From positions 640,001-704,000 of the forward strand of contig CAWHHI010000004.1 of the NCBI GenBank assembly GCA_963829055.1: DNA of 64,000 nucleotides, given 5' to 3'. Origin of the DNA: an uncultured Gemmatimonadaceae bacterium. Its GTDB lineage: Bacteria; Gemmatimonadota; Gemmatimonadetes; Gemmatimonadales; Gemmatimonadaceae. Positions 34,978 through 47,171 of the stretch are shown piece by piece. The translations under genes and the position numbers were made by a program. Numbering within the stretch: position 1 is the first letter of the stretch; each line of letters begins with the position of its first letter. A model generated the notes under the pieces. It was not told the origin of the DNA and made no database searches. It worked only from the letters and a program-made list of their open reading frames with translations.

Positions 34978-36093
34978 ATGCACTGGGGCGTTGACGCACA
35001 TCGACTTGCTGGTCAGCGACTCGGCGTTGGTCGCTACATCGAGTATCTCGTCAAACACTGGCGCTCGATGATGCAGACGGGCGACCGCTGCACGCTGTTC
35101 ACGCGGGAGCCGTACGACGGGACCGGGTGGGAGCCATCCCCAGCCATCGACGTGCGTGCATTTGCGTCGACGCTGCCGCCGAGCGTTTGGCAGCATGGCA
35201 TGCTGCCGCGATTCACGGGTGGAATCGACGTGCTGTTCTGCCCGAGCTACTCCGTGCCGGTTACGTACACCGGCAAGTGCGTCGTCGCGATCCACAGCAT
35301 GAACGAAGTCGAGAGCGGCACGCACCCGTGGTGGTACAAGCTGACCTACAGCAAGTTGTACCGCTTCAGTGCCGATCGCGCCGACCGCATCATCGTCCCG
35401 TCGGAAAGCACGCGACTGGATCTCGAGCGCTACTACGGCATCACGAGCGAGAAGGTCGACATCGTCGTTCAGGGCGCGGACGAATCGTTCCGTCCAATCA
35501 CTGACGAAGCCGTGAAGCGGGCTACCCGCATCAAGTTCCTCGGGACGGACAGGCCCTATATCGTGTTCGTTGGCAAACTCTCGACCCGACGCAACATTCC
35601 CACGTTGATCGAAGCGTTCTCGATCGTGAAGCGGCGAACGTCGTTGCCGCACGCGCTGCTGCTCGTGGGCCCGAACCACGTCGGCGTGCCGCTCGACCAG
35701 GTGATCGCCCAGCACGGCGTGCAGGGGGACGTGATCCAGACGGACGGCAAGTTCGCCAGCCATCTCGAGGTGCCGCCGGTGTACGCGTCGGCGGATCTTT
35801 ATGTGAACGCGTCGTCGTACGAAGGCTTCTCGATGACCCTGGTCGAAGCATTGTCATGTGGTACGCCAGTCGTCACCGTGAATCGCGCGGCCCTCGCCGA
35901 AATCGCGTCCGGCGCGGCAGAATTCGTGGAGGAGCCGACCCCCGAAGCGCTCGCGGACGCGATCGAGCGCGTGCTGACTGATCCTGTGCTCAGCAAGTCG
36001 CTCGGAGAGCGCGGGTACCGGCGCGCAGATGCGTTTCGCTGGGACGTAACGGCTCGTCAAACGCTTGACGTTCTGCGGCGGGTAGCCGCGTGA
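34978..36093 (+). CDS. Glycosyltransferase family 4
   Basis: MHWGVDAHRL..GVGRY, FVGKLSTRRN, SSYEGFSMTLVEALSCGTPVV. Confidence 0.88.
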   Translation: MHWGVDAHRLAGQRLGVGRYIEYLVKHWRSMMQTGDRCTLFTREPYDGTGWEPSPAIDVRAFASTLPPSVWQHGMLPRFTGGIDVLFCPSYSVPVTYTGKCVVAIHSMNEVESGTHPWWYKLTYSKLYRFSADRADRIIVPSESTRLDLERYYGITSEKVDIVVQGADESFRPITDEAVKRATRIKFLGTDRPYIVFVGKLSTRRNIPTLIEAFSIVKRRTSLPHALLLVGPNHVGVPLDQVIAQHGVQGDVIQTDGKFASHLEVPPVYASADLYVNASSYEGFSMTLVEALSCGTPVVTVNRAALAEIASGAAEFVEEPTPEALADAIERVLTDPVLSKSLGERGYRRADAFRWDVTARQTLDVLRRVAA

Positions 36094-36121
36094 CTTTTCC
36101 TGATCCGCGGGTGGAGGCACG

Positions 36122-36910
36122 GTGAAGACAGTCCTGCTCGCCGGAGGACTCGGTACGCGTCTAGCCGAAGAGTCCGAGTCGAAGCCGAAACCGATGGTCG
36201 AAGTCGGCGGACGCCCGATCCTCTGGCACATCATGCGCACGTACGCCGAGCGCGGTTTCAAGGAATTCGTTGTCGCGCTAGGCTACCGAGGCGACGTCAT
36301 CAAACGCTATTTCCTCGACTATTTCTACCTGCGGAACAGCCTCAGCATCGACCTGCGAACCAACCAGATCGAAGTGCAGGGGTCGGACTGCGAGGACTGG
36401 GTGGTTCATCTCCGGGATACCGGGCTCGACACACAGACCGGTGGCCGCCTGCGACGCCTCGCCGACATGGTTCGTGGCGAGACGTTCATGATGACGTACG
36501 GTGACGGCGTGTGCAGCGTCGACCCACGCGCCTTGCTCGAATTCCATCGGCGACACGGCAAGCTGGCGACGGTGACGGCGGTGCGGCCGCCCGCACGGTT
36601 CGGCGGACTGGTGTTCGATGGCGACAATGTGGCCGAGTTCTCGGAAAAGCCGCAGGTCGGAGAGGGCTGGATCAATGGCGGATTCTTCGTGCTCGAGCCG
36701 CAGGTGCTCGACTATATCGACACCGACGACACGATCTTCGAGCGCTCGCCGCTCGAGCGTCTCGCCGCGGACGGCCAACTCATCGCCCATCGACACGAAG
36801 GCTTCTGGCAGTGCATGGACACACTGCGCGACGTTAGGCTGCTGAACAGTCTCTGCGACGGCAAGCTCCCGCCGTGGGATCCCGCCTACCAGCCAACCTC
36901 CGCGACGTGA
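36122..36910 (+). CDS. rfbF: Glucose-1-phosphate cytidylyltransferase
   Basis: LAGGLGTRLAEE, KPKPMVEVGG, DTQTGGRL, TYGDGV, WINGGFF, FWQCMDTLRD. Confidence 0.95.
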   Translation: MKTVLLAGGLGTRLAEESESKPKPMVEVGGRPILWHIMRTYAERGFKEFVVALGYRGDVIKRYFLDYFYLRNSLSIDLRTNQIEVQGSDCEDWVVHLRDTGLDTQTGGRLRRLADMVRGETFMMTYGDGVCSVDPRALLEFHRRHGKLATVTAVRPPARFGGLVFDGDNVAEFSEKPQVGEGWINGGFFVLEPQVLDYIDTDDTIFERSPLERLAADGQLIAHRHEGFWQCMDTLRDVRLLNSLCDGKLPPWDPAYQPTSAT

Positions 36911-37885
36911 CACCGCCCGATTTCTGGCGCGAACGGCGAGTCGTTCGTAACCGGCGCCACCGGGATCGTCGGATCATGGCTGGTCCGCGAGCTTCTGGCC
37001 AAGGGCGCCAACGTGGCCGTGCTCGTCCGCGACGCTGATCCGCAATCGGAGCTCCTTCGCAGCGGCGATCTCCAGCGGTGCACAGTATTCAACGGAAGCG
37101 TCGAGGACCTCTGGACGCTCGAGCGCGCGATCAGCCTGCACGAGGCCGAATGCGTGTTCCACCTCGCCGCGCAGACCATCGTCGGCGTCGCACACCGCAA
37201 TCCGTTCACGACGTTCGAGACGAATGTGCGCGGGACGTACAATCTCCTCGAGGCGTGTCGCATTCACAGCTCGGTCGTACACAGCGTTGTCATTGCGTCG
37301 AGCGATAAAGCCTACGGAGAAGTCGAGGCGTTGCCGTACGTCGAGACGATGCCTCTGAACGGAAAGCACCCGTACGAAGTCTCCAAGAGCTGTACGGATC
37401 TCATCTCGACGTCGTATTGCCACAGCTACGGCGTGCCGGTCACGATTGCTCGCTGCGGCAACATCTACGGCGGCGGTGACCTCAACTGGAGTCGCATCGT
37501 TCCGGGCACCATCCGCGCGTTCCTCCGCGGCGAACGACCGACGCTCCGCAGCGACGGAAGCTTCAAGCGCGACTACATCTACGTCAAGGACGTCGCGCAC
37601 GCGTACATGCTCCTCGGCGAGCGCGGGCGCGAACCGGCAGTGAAGGGTCAGGCGTACAATTTCAGCGACGAGTCGCCGCTGACTGTGCTCGACATCGTCG
37701 GCACGATCCGTCGGCTGATGGGCTCCGATCTCGAGCCCGACATCCGCAACGTCGCGCAGGGCGAGATTCGTGACCAGTATCTCTCCGCGGCGAAGGCGCG
37801 CGACAGCCTGAGCTGGCGAGCCACATACGATCTGGAAACCGGACTCGGCGAGACGATCGCGTGGTATCGCGCACTGCTCGCCTAA
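36907..37885 (+). CDS. NDP-sugar 4,6-dehydratase (CDP-glucose 4,6-dehydratase-like), frameshift near 36940
   Basis: [42 protein letters not shown]; lies after rfbF. Confidence 0.85.
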
Positions 37886-37886
37886 C

Positions 37887-38860
37887 GTGGACTCGCTAGC
37901 GGGACGCCGCGTTCTCGTCACCGGCGCGGCCGGGTTTCTCGGATCCCACCTCGTTCCTCGGCTCATCGATCGCGGAGCCGCCGTCTGCGCCCTCGACCAC
38001 GCCGGCGCGCGCGGGTGGAGGCTGATCGAGCGGGCCGGTATCACCGCTGCGGTCCGCGCGGACGTCCGGACGCTCGCGGACGGAGCCCACGATCGCTTGC
38101 TCGGGCGTATCGACACCATCATTCACCTCGCCGCAATCGGTGTCCTGGGCGAAGTGCCTGACGTTCGCGACATGGTGACGACCAACGTCGACGGGACGGT
38201 CGCTGTGCTGCTCGCGGCGCAGCGGTCGCGCGCGCGAGTCATCTACTGCGGTTCGTGCTTCGAGTACGGCTCGGGTGCCAGGTGGACGGAAGATGCGCTG
38301 CCGGCGCCGACGAGCGAGTACGGCGCCGCGAAGGCCGCCGGTTGGCTCATTGCGCAGGCATTCGCGCGGCGAACGGGTCTGGAGCTCGTCTCGCTTCGAC
38401 CGTTCACGATGTACGGCCCGATGGAGCCACCAGGGCGATTGATACCGTCCGTCGTTAGGTACGCCCTGGCGGGACGACAGATCGACCTCACGCCCGGCGA
38501 TCAGGCCCGTGACTTCGTGTATGTCGAAGACGCCGCGGACGCGTTCGTCGCCGCGGCCACGACCGACGCTGCCATCGGCGGTACGTTCAACGTGTGCACG
38601 GGGAACGCGGCGACGGTTCGCGACATCGTCCATTGCGTTCTGCGGCGGACCGGCAGCACGTCAACGGCCCGCTTCGGCGCACTTTCGTACAGATCGACTG
38701 AGCTTCCGGTACTTTCCGGTGACACGTCACGCGCGGAGCAGATTCTGGGCTGGCGCGCCCGTGTGTCACTCGAAGAAGGGCTCGACCGAACGATCGCCTG
38801 GTTCCGTGCTGTCGGCGCCGGGCTTCCCGAATACCAACTGGCTGACGCTGCCGCTGACCG

Positions 38861-38864
<4 letters not shown>
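37887..38864 (+). CDS. NAD-dependent epimerase/dehydratase (possible CDP-dideoxysugar 4-reductase)
   Basis: [37 protein letters not shown]. Confidence 0.85.
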
Positions 38865-40195
<1,331 letters not shown>

Positions 40196-40241
40196 CGATC
40201 ACGTCGTGCGCGGCCGCATCATCTGACCTGAATTCGACTCA

Positions 40242-41355
40242 ATGACTTCTCCGTTCCGCGTCGCGGTCGTCGGCCTCGGTAACGCCGGGCACACGCTTCA
40301 TCTTCCTGCACTCGCGGGCATGACGGACGTGCACGTTGTCGGCGCATGCGACATCGATGCCGGTCGCCGAGAGCGTGCTGCGACGACGTGGAAAGTGCCC
40401 GTATTCGATGACTTCGAGGACATGCTCGCCCGCGCGAACGCGAACGTCGTGATCATCGGGACTCCGCCCGACTCGCACGCGAGCTACTGCCTCAAGAGCT
40501 TCGCCGCCGGCGCTCACGTGATCTGCGAGAAGCCATTCGTGTCGAGCCTCGACGAGGCTGACCGCGTGATCGCGGCAGGCGATGCGGCTGGGAAGCGCAT
40601 CGCGCTGAATCATGAGTTTCGTGAGATGCCCATCTTCCGCGCGCTTCGCGATGCCGCCGCGCCGAAGGACATCGTGTTCGCCCAGGTGTGGCAGCTCATG
40701 GACCTGCCGCCGTGGGCCGAGCCGGGATGGCGTGGGCAGATGTTGCAGCGAACGCTGTACGAGGCTGGCGTACACCTCGTCGACTTCCTGATGGCGTCTG
40801 TTTGGTGAAAAGCCACGCGCTGTGTCGGGGACTGTGTCGACGTGCGGGGTTCGTGAAGGTGATACCGACGCCGTGGCGCTCGTGACGCTCGAGTTCTCGC
40901 GTGGCCGACTCGCGCAGGTCGTGCAGAATCGGCTGTGCAAGGGCGAGACGCAGTACTTCGAAGTGCGCGCCGAAACGCTGAACGCGTCCCTCCGCGCGTC
41001 GTTCGGAGGACGTGCTCGCGTGACGGCCGGACTTCATCGCAGCACCCGCCCCCACGTGCGGCTCGACTATGGCGTTTCAGGGATGGCGTGGCGCGAGGTC
41101 GGGAACAACCGCACGTTGTTGGCGAGAAACCCGAAAGAGCCCGGCATGATCGCGACGCGATTCGTCTTCGAGAAAACGCTGGCTGCATTTCGAAGCGGCG
41201 GAGCACCGCCGGCGTCGGCGCAGGACGCGCGAGACGTGCTGGAGGTGATCGCCGCGTGCTACCACGCCGCGGCGACCGGGAAGCGCGTTAGGCTGGAAGG
41301 CAGCGCGCCGCCGGAGTTGTCCTCGATGAGAATGGGCGCCAGTCCGGCGGCATGA
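40242..41355 (+). CDS. Gfo/Idh/MocA oxidoreductase, frameshift near 40800
   Basis: VVGLGNAG, HVICEKP, LYEAGVHLVD. Confidence 0.85.
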
Positions 41356-42362
41356 CCCTGCACGGCGGCCCGCGCGCCGCGATCATTGGCGCGGGGCTGA
41401 TGGGCCGGTGGCACGCCGACGCCGTTCGACGCATCGGCGGTCGTGTCACCGTGATCGTCGACCCTGATGCCTCGGCGCGAGAAGCACTGGGGCGCCGTTA
41501 TCCGGAGGCCCGACTCGCCGCTGACGTCGATGCGGATTTCGTCGCGCGACATGCGACCGCCGCGCACGTCTGCGCTCCGTTGCCGACGCACGGGCCGATC
41601 GTAGCGGCACTCATAGACGCAGGCGTTCACGCACTCGTCGAGAAGCCGTTCTGTGAGACGGCGGAGACCACCGCCGAGCTGACTTCACGCGCCCATTCAC
41701 GCGGTGTGATGGTATGCCCCGTTCATCAGTTCCTGTTCCAGGACGGTGTTCGGCAGTTGGCGTTGTGGCTTCCTGAAATGGGCACCGTACGTCGGTTCGA
41801 ATTCTCGACGTGCTCCGCGGGCGCTGCAACGAACGATGCCGCGAGCCTCGACGCGCTGATTGGCGAAATTCTCCCGCATCCGCTCTCGCTGGTTCAGCTC
41901 GTGCTGCGATCCGAGGTCGCCAGCGCGATCTGGCAGATCGCGCATCCAACACCGGGCGAGTTCCGCGCGCTGTCGACTATCGGCGGAGCAATCGTCGACG
42001 TGGCGATCTCGGCGCACGGGCGCCCGACGGAGAACACGCTGCGTGTCGTTGCCGATGGCGGATCAGCCAGCGCGGACCTGTTCCATGGCTTCTCCGTTCG
42101 CGAGTCCGCGGATGTCTCACGCCGGCGAAAGATTGCTGCGCCATTCGTGAGCTCCGGCAAGATGCTTCGTAGCGCATCGGTCAATCTGCTCCGACGTGCC
42201 GTTCGTCGCGAGCCCGCGTACCCCGGCCTTCGAGCGCTAGTGGTGGCGTTCTACTCCACGATCGAGATCGGGGGACCCTGGCCCATCTTGTCCGATGCAA
42301 TCGTGGACGTTGCGGCCGCGCGCGATCATCTCGTGTCTCGGCTCCGAGAATCGACAACGTAA
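41352..42362 (+). CDS. Gfo/Idh/MocA oxidoreductase
   Basis: IIGAGLMG, HALVEKP, PVHQFLF, EILPHPLS. Confidence 0.85.
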   Translation: MTLHGGPRAAIIGAGLMGRWHADAVRRIGGRVTVIVDPDASAREALGRRYPEARLAADVDADFVARHATAAHVCAPLPTHGPIVAALIDAGVHALVEKPFCETAETTAELTSRAHSRGVMVCPVHQFLFQDGVRQLALWLPEMGTVRRFEFSTCSAGAATNDAASLDALIGEILPHPLSLVQLVLRSEVASAIWQIAHPTPGEFRALSTIGGAIVDVAISAHGRPTENTLRVVADGGSASADLFHGFSVRESADVSRRRKIAAPFVSSGKMLRSASVNLLRRAVRREPAYPGLRALVVAFYSTIEIGGPWPILSDAIVDVAAARDHLVSRLRESTT

Positions 42363-42884
42363 CAGGTAGCCCTGCGTCGTTCTCATTTTCGCGAGCGAGT
42401 AGCGACATGGACCCGCCGGTAGGTCCAACCGCTTCGCGCGGATACATCGTCTGTGGTCTCGACCGAATCGATGCGATGCGCCGCGCCGACTTGTTTTCGT
42501 TACGAACGGGAGCGAGGCGGGAATCCAACATCAGTTGGGGCACGTCCGCGACAGTCTCGGTCGGAAGGAGCGACTTTTCGTCCCGCGTCCAGCTCGCATG
42601 CTTCTCAGGCGGTTGTCAGAATTTCCGGGCAAATGTGGCATTTCTAACCAACCCATAACCGAAAACGTCGCGATACTTGGCAGTTGAAACGCTGCAATCT
42701 CCAGCGGTCCATCGGAACGCTTTGTGCCCACGGTCACGTCCACGACACCGCAGTTCGCACGTTTGCGCAGTGACTGCAAACTGGTTCGAATGTGTGACTT
42801 GCGTTTTCGTTAGGCACTTCTCATTATGCGCCGCCCGGTTGTTGGACCACGCCGGTGTTTGGGAACCACGCAAATGAAAGTGCC

Positions 42885-42979
42885 AGGATACTCGCGCTCC
42901 ATGTCACGGTCATGCGACGCGACGGAAAGACGTGTTTTTCGCCAACGCAGTAGTCGTGGGATCACAACGAGACTGGAGA
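42885..42979 (+). promoter_or_regulatory. Conserved upstream/leader element, copy 1
   Basis: Aligns with 44474-44565: AGGATACTCGCGCTCC(A/G)TGT(C/G)ACGGTCATGCGACGCGACGGAA...GACTGGAGA. Confidence 0.7.
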
Positions 42980-42990
42980 TTGAGACACAC

Positions 42991-43874
42991 ATGCAAATGA
43001 ACAGAGTCGCGCTCATCGCGAGCGCAGGGTTCGGACTGGCCTTCCTGGCCGCGTGTTCCGATTCGCCGACGTCGCCGTCCAACGCCGCGTTCGTTCCGAA
43101 GTCCAGCTTCGCCGTCGGCGACATTACCGACGCAGCACTCCGGCAGCTCGGGAAGGTCAAGATCTGCAAGGCCGGAAACATTGGCGGAAGCTTCGACGTT
43201 ACGCGTCAACGCCATCGGAGGGTCGACTGGGACTGTCTCCGGCCTGAACACGCTGATCACAAACGGTCAGTGCAAGATCGTCGCGGAGGACCAGAGCGGG
43301 TCCGGCGTCGGCTCGGAGGTTGATCATCTCGGAAGATGCAGCCGCCAACGTGGTTTCCAGCGTTACCGGGTGCGTCTTCATCGGCAATCCTGGCGGAATC
43401 GATGCCGCCCCGTGCGCATTCAACCCGACCAGCCGGTTCATCAACCAGTTCCACGGGTACGTGATCACGTACACCAACACCTTCACGCCGCCGCCGTCGA
43501 CCGGCTGCACGTACACGAAGGGCTGGTACCGGAACAACGGCTCGAACACGATCATCGCCGTCGATGGCCGGACGATTGGCCAGGAGCAGCAGATCTTCGA
43601 CGCGACGCCTGGCAAGCCGGGCAACGTGACGTGGGGCGCTGACAACAACAACCTCAATCTCTATCAGCAGCTCCTCGCCGCGCTCAACAACCTGGGTGGG
43701 AACGCCACCGCCGGTCCGGCGGCCGTTGACGCCGCCGTCGCGGCAGCGCTCGCCGCTACGAGTGGGTCGGGCACGACCATCGTCGTCGCTCCTGGGACGG
43801 ATGTGAGTGGCCTGATCGACGTACTGAGCGCCTTCAACGAAGGCACGTTCACGGGCTGGCCGCACTGCGATTGA
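42991..43874 (+). CDS. Uncharacterised lipoprotein, paralog 1 (frameshifted)
   Basis: Lipobox FLAAC-SDSP; KICK, FINQFHGY, GCTYTKGWYRN, LYQQLLAALNN, FNEG..WPHCD. Confidence 0.8.
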
Positions 43875-43905
43875 TCGCGCAGCCGGTGTAGTCCAGAATG
43901 TACGG

Positions 43906-43942
43906 AAGCGGGGCGGCCAAATTGGCCGCCCCGTTTTCTTTT
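43906..43942 (+). terminator. Intrinsic terminator
   Basis: GCGGGGCGGCC-AAATT-GGCCGCCCCGT then TTTCTTTT. Confidence 0.88.
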
Positions 43943-44473
43943 CAGTCGAGAGCTGAGCATTGGAAGGAGCGGGGCACATTGCCTCGCTCTTTTTTTGTCC
44001 GCACTCTCTGGCCGCGCCGCTTGCGGCTTGTTCCAGTCGAACAACCTGAGGGCGTGCCGCAACGGTTGCGTTAGGCCTTTCCACACTTGTATGAGCCACG
44101 GCGTTCGTGCGCGCGACGCCCGGCGCCTAACGGCCCGAATCGCGTCCGTGTGGGGCAGTCATTCCGACCGCCTCGCCGGCTATCCGGAGCTCGTGAATTG
44201 GGGCGCGCGGGAGGTGTGTCAGCGGTATCGCCGCTCCGGTCAGACATATTGGCCTAACCTCGCCGCGCTCTCCCGCCCAGCCCAACCTAACGGCCCATCC
44301 CGGCGGAATACTTCGTGCTTTTCCTCACCCTCACGAGGCGGCAAATCGCACGAGTTCTTGCGGAATGCGTGCAGCGTTGACGCAGTGACTTGTGCTCTTG
44401 TTAGGCGGTTGTCGTGATTTGCGCCCGTTGGACTGTCGGCCCACTCGCGTTGTGGCCGCCGACTGGTTGGATG

Positions 44474-44565
44474 AGGATACTCGCGCTCCGTGTGACGGTC
44501 ATGCGACGCGACGGAAGAATGTGGTTTCGCCCCGCAGCAGCCGTTCGATCACTACAGACTGGAGA
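44474..44565 (+). promoter_or_regulatory. Conserved upstream/leader element, copy 2
   Basis: Homologous to 42885-42979; ends in a GGAGA RBS. Confidence 0.7.
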
Positions 44566-44575
44566 CTCGGAAAGA

Positions 44576-45511
44576 ATGCGAATGAACAAGCAGGTTGCGC
44601 TCATGGCGGGCGCTGGGCTCGGAGCAGCGTTCCTCGCAGCATGTTCGGATTCACCGATGGAGCCGAGCGCGTCATCGGCGTTCGTGCCGAAGACGAGCTT
44701 TGTGGTCGGCGCAGTTACCGCCACGCCGGCGCCGGAAGCGGTGACGGGCAAGATCGTCGTTTGCAAGACCGGTAACGCCGGCGGCTCGTTCACGTTCACG
44801 CGCTCGACCGAAGGGCCGAACATCGTTGCCAGCAGTTATGTCGGCGGCGGTGCCGCTAGCGTCTCGGGCGTCAACATCGCCGTGAACACGTGCCTCGAGA
44901 TCGCCAACGATGACAGCCCGAGCGGCAGCGGCTCGCACATTACGGTAACGGAAGCCCCCGCGGCCAACACGGTGCAGACGATCACGGCCTGCCGCTTCCG
45001 TGGCTATGCGCTCGACGGCGTCACGCTCAACGCGCCGGAGAACTGCGTCTACGTCAACGGTGGCGATCTGTTCCTGAACCACTTCCACGGCTACGTGGTC
45101 ACGTACAACAACGTGTTCACCCCGCCGCCCCCGCCGCCGTCCGGCTGCACGTACACGAAGGGCTGGTACCGCAACAATGGCAGCGAGACGGTCAAGGCGG
45201 TCGACGGTCGCTCCAAGGCTGAGGCGCAGAAGATCTTCGATGCGACGCCTGGCAAGCCGGGTGGCGTGACGTGGGAGGGCAGCAACGACGTTCTCAACCT
45301 CTACCAGCAGCTCCTCGCGGCGCTCCTGAACGGCGGCGCGACGTCCGGAATCACCGCGGTCACCGACGCTATCACCGCTGCCCAGAATGGCACGGGCGGT
45401 ACCGGGCTGGCCATCACGACGAACCTCTCGCAGGCGCAGGTCAGTGCCCTGATCAACACCCTCAGTTCGTTCAACGAGGGCTCGTTCGAGGGGTTCCCTC
45501 ATTGCGACTGA
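44576..45511 (+). CDS. Uncharacterised lipoprotein, paralog 2 (intact)
   Basis: Lipobox FLAAC-SDSP; VVCK, FLNHFHGY, poly-Pro linker, GCTYTKGWYRN, LYQQLLAALLN, FNEG..FPHCD. Confidence 0.88.
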   Translation: MRMNKQVALMAGAGLGAAFLAACSDSPMEPSASSAFVPKTSFVVGAVTATPAPEAVTGKIVVCKTGNAGGSFTFTRSTEGPNIVASSYVGGGAASVSGVNIAVNTCLEIANDDSPSGSGSHITVTEAPAANTVQTITACRFRGYALDGVTLNAPENCVYVNGGDLFLNHFHGYVVTYNNVFTPPPPPPSGCTYTKGWYRNNGSETVKAVDGRSKAEAQKIFDATPGKPGGVTWEGSNDVLNLYQQLLAALLNGGATSGITAVTDAITAAQNGTGGTGLAITTNLSQAQVSALINTLSSFNEGSFEGFPHCD

Positions 45512-45533
45512 TCTCGGAAACGAATTGATGACC

Positions 45534-45567
45534 AAGAGCGGGGCGGCCATATGGCCGCCCCGCTCTT
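45534..45567 (+). terminator. Intrinsic terminator
   Basis: AAGAGCGGGGCGGCC-ATAT-GGCCGCCCCGCTCTT. Confidence 0.85.
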
Positions 45568-45638
45568 CGTTCGTTCCTCCTCTACTCGCACAACCTGGCG
45601 TGCGAGGTGGCGCGTCAGCGGTCCCGGTTCGTCATGCG

Positions 45639-45815
45639 CGTTGCCTAACGTTGCGCGGCATCCTGCGGAGCGCTGGGCCGGGGATGCTCGTCGGCGCCCA
45701 GTCCACCGTAACCGGCAGAATGGTAATCGCCCGAGGCCGGGTGATTACGCCGGCGCGGACACAAGGTCCGACCCTGCACCATTTGAGCGGCTCCGGCGCC
45801 TCACGTTAGGCAACG
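45639..45815. repeat. 13-bp perfect inverted repeat enclosing 177 bp
   Basis: CGTTGCCTAACGT at 45639-45651 and ACGTTAGGCAACG at 45803-45815. Confidence 0.7.
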
Positions 45816-46125
45816 TGCTCGGCGCTCGACCATGCCCGGGCGTCGGCACACGTGCGGCGGCCAGCCACCTGGTGGCGCCAGAGGTCGGCAGCGGAGCGGG
45901 TCCCGGAGCCCTGAGAGGGAAGCCGCAGACGGCTTGTGCTTTCATTCGACAATTTTCATAATACCGCGCCTCCAGGGCCGGGTGCATTGCGCCTGGTCTC
46001 GGCAGTCGAGCGATAGTGCGCCGTTGCCACGGTGCCTGCGGCTCCGGAGGAAAACCCCTACCCAAGGCGGTGCGGCATTCTCAGCCGTTTGGTAGCACGA
46101 TCACACCCGTAGCGAGAGGTACAGG

Positions 46126-47083
46126 ATGCAAATGACTCAGAAGGTGGTGCTCGCAGCAGGGGCCATGACGGCCATGACCATGTTGGCAGCATGCTCGGAC
46201 TCGAGCACAGCGCCACAGACGCCGTCGCCGACGGTTGGCAAGCCAAGCTTCGTGGTCGCCGGTGGCATCAGTGACCATACAACACCCCGGAAGTCGGGAA
46301 GGTCGCGTCTGCAAGACCGGGAACATGGCTGGCAAGCTTCGACGTGACGCGCAGCAGCCGGCACGGATCGCTCGACTGGTTCACTGATCGTCCGGCCTCA
46401 ACGACTCAGATTGCAGCCGAACACGTGCATGCGTCGTCGTCGGAAGACGACAGTCCGGCGAACGTGCGGGCTCCAACGTCATCCGTCACTGAGACGAATG
46501 CAGCGTCCAACGTGGTATCTACCGTTACGGGATGCGTATTCATCGGCGGCGAGCCCCCTGTTATCGACGTCGTCCAGTGCGAGTTGGCGCCCGTTAGCCG
46601 CTTCATCAACCACTTCCACGGCTATGTGCTCACGGTTAACAACACCTACACGCTGCCCCCGTCCGCTGGTTGCACGTTCACGCAGGGCTATTATAGGAAC
46701 CAGGGCGAGCAACGATCGTCGCCGTCGCGGACGCACGAACGGCGAGCAGGCGATTGTCGACAACAGGCTTGTGGTAAGCCAGGGACGGTGTCATTCGGCG
46801 ATGACACTGCGGCTCCGATCGACGCGATCTATGGCACGCCGCCAAAGGGCGGGAATGCTGAGATCAATCCTCGTGCACCGGCAATCCGACGGCCGGTCTG
46901 ACCATCAGGGTGGTGCCGTCGGTGCCCGCGCCTGTCCTCGCAGGCAATCAGACGCCGCGCGGCTCATCATGAATGGCGGCATCACACGCCAGCAGAAGAG
47001 CGACCGATGCGACGTCCTCGCGGAGATTCTGGATGCCTACAACGAGGGTCGTTCACGGGCCGGCCGGTCACTGCGACGACTGA
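46126..47083 (+). CDS. Uncharacterised lipoprotein, paralog 3 (more diverged, frameshifted)
   Basis: Lipobox MLAAC-SDSS; VTGCVFIG, FINHFHGY, GCTFTQGYYRN, LDAYNEG, ends HCDD. Confidence 0.75.
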
Positions 47084-47110
47084 TCGCCGTAGCACGGCTA
47101 CCATACGCTC

Positions 47111-47149
47111 GAGCGGGGCGGCGATCCGGCCGCCCCGCTTTTCTTCTTC
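47111..47149 (+). terminator. Intrinsic terminator, same stem family as the previous two
   Basis: AGCGGGGCGGC..GCCGCCCCGCT then TTTCTTCTT. Confidence 0.8.
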
Positions 47150-47171
47150 GTCGCTCGTGACCGCGCACTCC

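Noticed and set aside
34213..36093. 626-aa double GT4 fusion in the ORF track
   Set aside because: The second GT4 has its own typical start at 34978 and the junction is low-complexity; most likely two genes joined by an indel.
42808..47083. Integron cassette array: GCCTAAC/GTTAGGC match attC core sites RYYYAAC/GTTRRRY and bracket the lipoprotein genes
   Set aside because: No integrase in the window; the sequence between cores does not form an attC hairpin with L boxes; the genes have their own leaders and terminators; the same word occurs throughout coding regions.
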